Source of the DNA: Bdellovibrionota bacterium
GTDB lineage: Bacteria > Bdellovibrionota_G > JALEGL01 > DATDPG01
Length of the DNA: 64,000 nt
Assembly (NCBI GenBank): GCA_963668355.1
Contig: OY764265.1
Location: 2,112,001-2,176,000, forward strand
Direction of reading: 5' to 3'
Part shown: positions 60,953 to 64,000 of the stretch, one piece after another
Layout of the letters: the number at the start of each line of letters is the position of its first letter
Numbering within the stretch: the first letter of the stretch is position 1
Program-made: the position numbers and the translations under genes
The notes under the pieces: model-generated
The model's database searches: none
What the model was told of the DNA's origin: nothing
What the model saw: the letters and a program-made list of their open reading frames with translations, nothing else

Positions 60953-61462
60953 TTACTTTACGTTGAACGAAACACTCTTGATCAATTGATCTTCATTCGT
61001 TTTGATTTCAACGCGCCAATCCCCAGTCCAAGACGAATCAATCACTTTTGAACTATACGTTCTCCAGCGAGGGCCTTTCACGGGAAGTTTTACTTTCGCC
61101 ATCTCCTTATTGCCGTGATACCAAACATGCTGAATGGAGGTCTCGGAGCCTGGTTCCAGTTGGACATTGGTATAAAGATAAAGTTTTCCGACATCCGAAG
61201 GGAATTGATCGGCCGTCGCTACAGGGGTTCGGTTTTCAACCGATCGACAGGCCTCGGCTTGAACGACCGTAATGGGTCCCACAGTAGCAGGTTCGGAAGC
61301 CTTTGCTTCTTCCATTTTCTCCTTGGCGGCCTTTTGAGTTTCGGCCTTTTCGGTCTGCTTGACTTGATCCGCGTCCGAAGCTTGAGATACGTCATTTTTC
61401 TTGGCGCATCCGCTGAAAGCTAAGGTCAATGCGAGCAGAAGCTTCATAAACATTATAATCAT
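60953..61462 (-). CDS. DUF2914-domain lipoprotein
   Basis: Lipobox FSGC; V.NR.P, HVWY, RWRTYSSK, GDWRVE. Confidence 0.8.
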   Translation of the reverse strand: MIIMFMKLLLALTLAFSGCAKKNDVSQASDADQVKQTEKAETQKAAKEKMEEAKASEPATVGPITVVQAEACRSVENRTPVATADQFPSDVGKLYLYTNVQLEPGSETSIQHVWYHGNKEMAKVKLPVKGPRWRTYSSKVIDSSWTGDWRVEIKTNEDQLIKSVSFNVK

Positions 61463-61616
61463 TTCATTGTCTCCCAGTCGATCATTAAATAAGTGACTCG
61501 GGTGGATTCCCCGACGTTTTTACTAGGATAAGAAGCCTTGGGGGTTTACGCAATCATTTTCCGGGTATCGACAGCTTGGGGTTAGGCGATTACAATGTTT
61601 CAATAACCTAAGTTCT

Positions 61617-62636
61617 ATGAATTTCATGAAAATCGTAGCGATGGGTCTGCTTGCGAGCGCCCTTTTTTTATTTCCCAATGCTGGATGGGCGGACGATTCG
61701 TATCGTCAAGGCACCGTCAAGCCTTCCTTTGCCATGGTGTATTCCGACCCAGATAGTAGCTATTTTCCTCTGGCCACGCTGTACCGAGGTCATGAAGTTC
61801 GTGTGTTTAAGCGCCAAGGCAAACGCTTCTTTGTCCAATACCGAATGGAAGGGGAGACCCGAGAAGGATGGATTGATCGAGAAGCCGTTCTGGTCGGAAA
61901 ATTGGTTCAAAGCCAGGCTTCCAAGAAGGAGAAACGAGTTTATCCGGGGGTCGTGACGGCCCCCAAAGCCGTGGTTTATAACCGGCCGGGAGGAAAACCG
62001 ATGTTTTCGTACCCGAAAGGAGAATCGGTTCAGATTTTAACACAGAGCAAGGGGTGGTATCGCGTTCGAGTCGAACCAAAACCGGGCCAAGAGACAGAGG
62101 GTTGGGTTCAAAAGAGCGATGTGCGATTGAATCAGGGTTCTTCTTCCACCGCATCCAGTGGGGAAGGGGAAATCTCCGCAGAATCTCCTGACTTCGCGCC
62201 TCGGATTCGAGGCGTGAGGTTCTTTGGTACGCCCGTTTTCGATCTCTATCGGTTCGGTACCACACAAATGAAATTCGGGATCGCGTACGACCACAATTTA
62301 AGCCCGGCTTTGACGGTTGGCGTCCCGGTGAGCTTTTCGCTCAGAGGCGGGTTCAATGCCCTTCAGGCTGGATTGGACGTCATTCTTCGTTTGGGTACGT
62401 GGAAAAAATTTTCCTTTTTCGAACGAACGGGTCTTTATTTTGAACGATTTTGGGGGAACGGAACGTCGTTCATGGCCTTGACGGGAGATGTGGGCTTGGG
62501 AGCTTCTTGGGAAATCAATCCAAGTGTATCTCTGGCCTTGGAGCCTCTTTCACTGGAAGTAACTCCTTTGGCAACGGAAGGCCTTCCTTGGTTCATGCGC
62601 TTTCAAACTTTATTGACCGCGAGGATTCAATGGTAA
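61617..62636 (+). CDS. Exported protein: two SH3b-like domains plus a probable outer-membrane beta-barrel
   Basis: Signal peptide; two units ending EGWI/EGWV; amphipathic strands; terminal aromatic residue (ARIQW). Confidence 0.65.
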   Translation: MNFMKIVAMGLLASALFLFPNAGWADDSYRQGTVKPSFAMVYSDPDSSYFPLATLYRGHEVRVFKRQGKRFFVQYRMEGETREGWIDREAVLVGKLVQSQASKKEKRVYPGVVTAPKAVVYNRPGGKPMFSYPKGESVQILTQSKGWYRVRVEPKPGQETEGWVQKSDVRLNQGSSSTASSGEGEISAESPDFAPRIRGVRFFGTPVFDLYRFGTTQMKFGIAYDHNLSPALTVGVPVSFSLRGGFNALQAGLDVILRLGTWKKFSFFERTGLYFERFWGNGTSFMALTGDVGLGASWEINPSVSLALEPLSLEVTPLATEGLPWFMRFQTLLTARIQW

Positions 62637-63211
62637 AACGCGTGTTTTTGGCTTTGGTTTTTCTCTTTTCCGTTCAGTCTTCTTATGCGCTCACGGTTCG
62701 CCCGATGAACGTCGAAGAATTGATCGTCCATGCCGAACGCATTTTTCTGGGAACCGTTACAAAGGTTTACTCGGAGCATGTCCCCGGCCGTCCCCCAGCC
62801 ATGGTGACGCAGTTCAAAGTGTTGGAAGTCTACAAGGGAATGATGGGAGCGGAGGTGCTTTCCCGACAATTGGCTCGAAAAGGACCTCTTGGAGAGTTGG
62901 TTCCGATGGTGGCCATGCCGCAATTTGCCTTGGGGGAAACGGCCGTCGTGTTTTTAACGGGGGAAAGTTCATTGGGCTTTTCCAGTCCCTTGGGCCTCAA
63001 GCAAGGTACCTTCCGAATGGTGGGAAAAACTCCGGATCAATCGGTTTTTTTAAATGGCCGTAAAAACCACCGACTGTTTTCAAATATCACGCATTCCAAA
63101 ACCCGAGCATTGGCCGAGCGCATTCAAAGCGCCCCGTTGAAGAAAAAACATCCGGGCCTGTCGTTGAAAGAATTGAGAGACCTCATCCAGGTGCGTTTGG
63201 AGGAGGACTAA
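62630..63211 (+). CDS. Exported hypothetical protein
   Basis: Signal peptide ending SYA; EELI..AERIF.GTV, MPQF..GE..VVFL, GL.QG.F; overlaps the upstream stop. Confidence 0.7.
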   Translation: MVKRVFLALVFLFSVQSSYALTVRPMNVEELIVHAERIFLGTVTKVYSEHVPGRPPAMVTQFKVLEVYKGMMGAEVLSRQLARKGPLGELVPMVAMPQFALGETAVVFLTGESSLGFSSPLGLKQGTFRMVGKTPDQSVFLNGRKNHRLFSNITHSKTRALAERIQSAPLKKKHPGLSLKELRDLIQVRLEED

Positions 63212-63212
63212 T

Positions 63213-64000
63213 ATGAAAGGCCTTCTCGTTCTCATCTCCACCCTGTTTCTCTCCTCTTCGGTCTTTGGTGCCGGTTTCTTGGATCATGTGGATGGCGAGC
63301 CTTACCGATGGAATGGCACGATCACGTATCACGTGGACAATGATAGCCTGGGAGATATCTCTCATGCCGCAGCCAAGACCTTGGTGGGTGATTCTTTGGC
63401 CACGTGGGAAAACATCTCCATTGCCACAATTGATTTCCAAGAAGGAAGTGATTTGGCGGTCAACATCGCGGGCCCCGGTCAAGCCAACTTGGATGATTGC
63501 ACACAAGGAAATTGGGACGATTACATTTATGTGGATGAATCGGGCGCGCCCCGGACGGCCGATAGTGTGAACGACAGCATTGTGATTTTTGATTCGGATG
63601 GATCCATCATCGATTGTTTGTTGGGCGTAGGAAACTCCCTCAATGTTTTGGGGCTGGCTTCTCCCGGAAATTTGGATGATGAAACCATGACGATCACCAA
63701 CGGTCTCATACTCATCAACGGTCGGAACGCTTCGTCTGCAAATGCGGATCGAATTCAAGCCACCATCACACACGAAACGGGACATCTTCTCAATTTGGCC
63801 CACACGCAGCTCAATCACGAAGAGGCATTTGATGATGATTCCGACAATGACTATGTGATTCCCACGATGTTTCCGTATCTTCCAGATGATTTTGATGAGT
63901 TGAATACACCGGAGGCCGATGACGAGTTTTCCTTGGCGTATCTCTATCCCGCTTCGTCGTACGCAGATATGGGCATGATTCAAGGAAGCATTCGACGCAG
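63213..64000 (+). CDS. Secreted metzincin (matrixin-like) metalloprotease; partial, runs off the window
   Basis: Not in the ORF track; manual translation MKGLLVLISTLFLSSSVFGA...THETGHLLNLAH...PTMFP (Met-turn); GGAGGA RBS. Confidence 0.85.
   Translation, partial: MKGLLVLISTLFLSSSVFGAGFLDHVDGEPYRWNGTITYHVDNDSLGDISHAAAKTLVGDSLATWENISIATIDFQEGSDLAVNIAGPGQANLDDCTQGNWDDYIYVDESGAPRTADSVNDSIVIFDSDGSIIDCLLGVGNSLNVLGLASPGNLDDETMTITNGLILINGRNASSANADRIQATITHETGHLLNLAHTQLNHEEAFDDDSDNDYVIPTMFPYLPDDFDELNTPEADDEFSLAYLYPASSYADMGMIQGSIRR

Overview
This 64 kb window is core chromosome from a deltaproteobacterium-type organism (Myxococcota/Bdellovibrionota-like; inferred from gene content and order, not from a search). 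In order it holds: lon(partial)-clpX-clpP-tig; a PilZ gene and a 655-aa orphan; tRNA-Leu and tRNA-Gly; fbaB; an HTH-REC regulator; hemE/hemY; a thermolysin-like protease; an imuA-imuB-dnaE2 mutasome divergent from lexA with a perfect palindromic operator; a Ser/Thr kinase; a Myxococcus-type type IV pilus cluster (pilB-T-C-S-R-A-G-H-I-D); icd-mdh-sucCD-ndk-rlmN-mtnP; the tgl pilotin locus; a giant TPR protein; and an SH3/beta-barrel-metzincin operon. The most notable feature is that the pilus genes are interleaved with, and partly translationally coupled to, four GT-C-type membrane glycosyltransferase homologues (three TMTC-like, one DUF2723/TMEM260-like) and a membrane-fused SAM-fold enzyme. 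This suggests a pilin or pilus modification system. No CRISPR, rRNA, transposase or integrase was seen. All family assignments come from motif recognition by eye.
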